In this document: one piece after another, positions 63,421-64,000 of the stretch
Position numbering within the stretch: position 1 is the first letter of the stretch
Layout: each line of letters begins with the position of its first letter
Source of the DNA: Blepharisma stoltei ATCC 30299
Taxonomy: Eukaryota > Protista > Ciliophora
Direction: 5' to 3'
Assembly (NCBI GenBank): GCA_965603825.1
Contig: CBFDEM010000051.1
Coordinates: 62,001-126,000, forward strand
Length of the DNA: 64,000 bases
Notes under the pieces: model-generated
What the model was told of the DNA's origin: nothing
The model's database searches: none
Seen by the model: only the letters and a program-made list of their open reading frames with translations
Made by a program: the position numbers and the translations under genes

Positions 63421-64000
63421 TTATGACTTGGCATTATTCTTGGTTTTATCCTTATTATAGCGTCGCTTCCATCGTTTCGGGATATGCTCTTCTTGATTTT
63501 CATTATTCTCTGAGTCAATTTTTTTATGCCTCCCTGGGGTATTGGGGAGCTTCTGTCTTGACCCTATTACCATACCAATTTTTGTTAAAAATCAAATAAG
63601 AATAACTCTAGCAGCAATTTTAACAAAAGTAATAAAAAATATATCCGCTGCAGAATTTAATATTGTATTATAAACCCATTTGCAAGACGGCGCAAGATCA
63701 AATTGAATAGAAAATAAAATAATTGACCAGCAGAAAAATATCAAAAGGCCATATGATAAAATATAAAAAATAATGATTTTGATCTTATTTATTTTTTTGG
63801 CTTTCTTTACTTTAGGGTCTTCATTATTTCCTGGTGGAATTTTTTTCATTTTCGCAAAAAAATTCAATATGATCCCTAATCCAAAAGTAAAACAAGCTGC
63901 ATAAACGCCTGCCCAAAAATCTCGAAAATCATAATTTTCTATCAGTTTTTTTAGATTAAAAGTTCATTTTTTATCAGAATCGCTGTTTTGATAAAACAGG
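63421..64000 (-). CDS. 3' end of a second REJ/GPS paralogue (partial)
   Basis: ENYDFRDFWAGVYAACFTF..FFCWSIILFSIQFD matches 58250-58640; the frame continues through TGA 63592 to TAA 63421. Confidence 0.8.

Overview
This is eukaryotic, AT-rich, gene-dense DNA, not prokaryotic. The supplied ORF track is fragmented because TGA encodes Trp here: TGA and TGG alternate at the same codon in paralogues, while TAA and TAG remain stops. Two genes carry 15-nt GT..AG introns. Together these point to a heterotrich ciliate of the Blepharisma type, probably macronuclear sequence (inference). The window is made up of tandem arrays undergoing birth and death. (1) 1-11.5 kb: a ~6.8-kb tandem segmental duplication (OSBP, two coiled-coil genes, a fused YeeE/YedE transporter, a golgin-like gene) with reciprocal gene loss. 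(2) 12.1-28.7 kb: four ~1130-aa receptors with Venus-flytrap (ANF-receptor-like) ectodomains and ~9 TM segments; one copy is disrupted by a foreign 324-bp GC-rich replacement. (3) 28.8-57.1 kb: six Cys-rich furin/EGF-like surface-protein loci with an apparently dead leishmanolysin-like N-terminal domain. One is long and GPI-type; the others are shorter mosaics or pseudogenes with an Asn/Ile/Thr tail, and a non-LTR reverse transcriptase fragment sits at one duplication junction. (4) 58-64 kb: polycystin-1-like REJ/GPS membrane protein genes. Several rearrangement junctions contain captured filler DNA. No rRNA, tRNA or CRISPR array was recognised.
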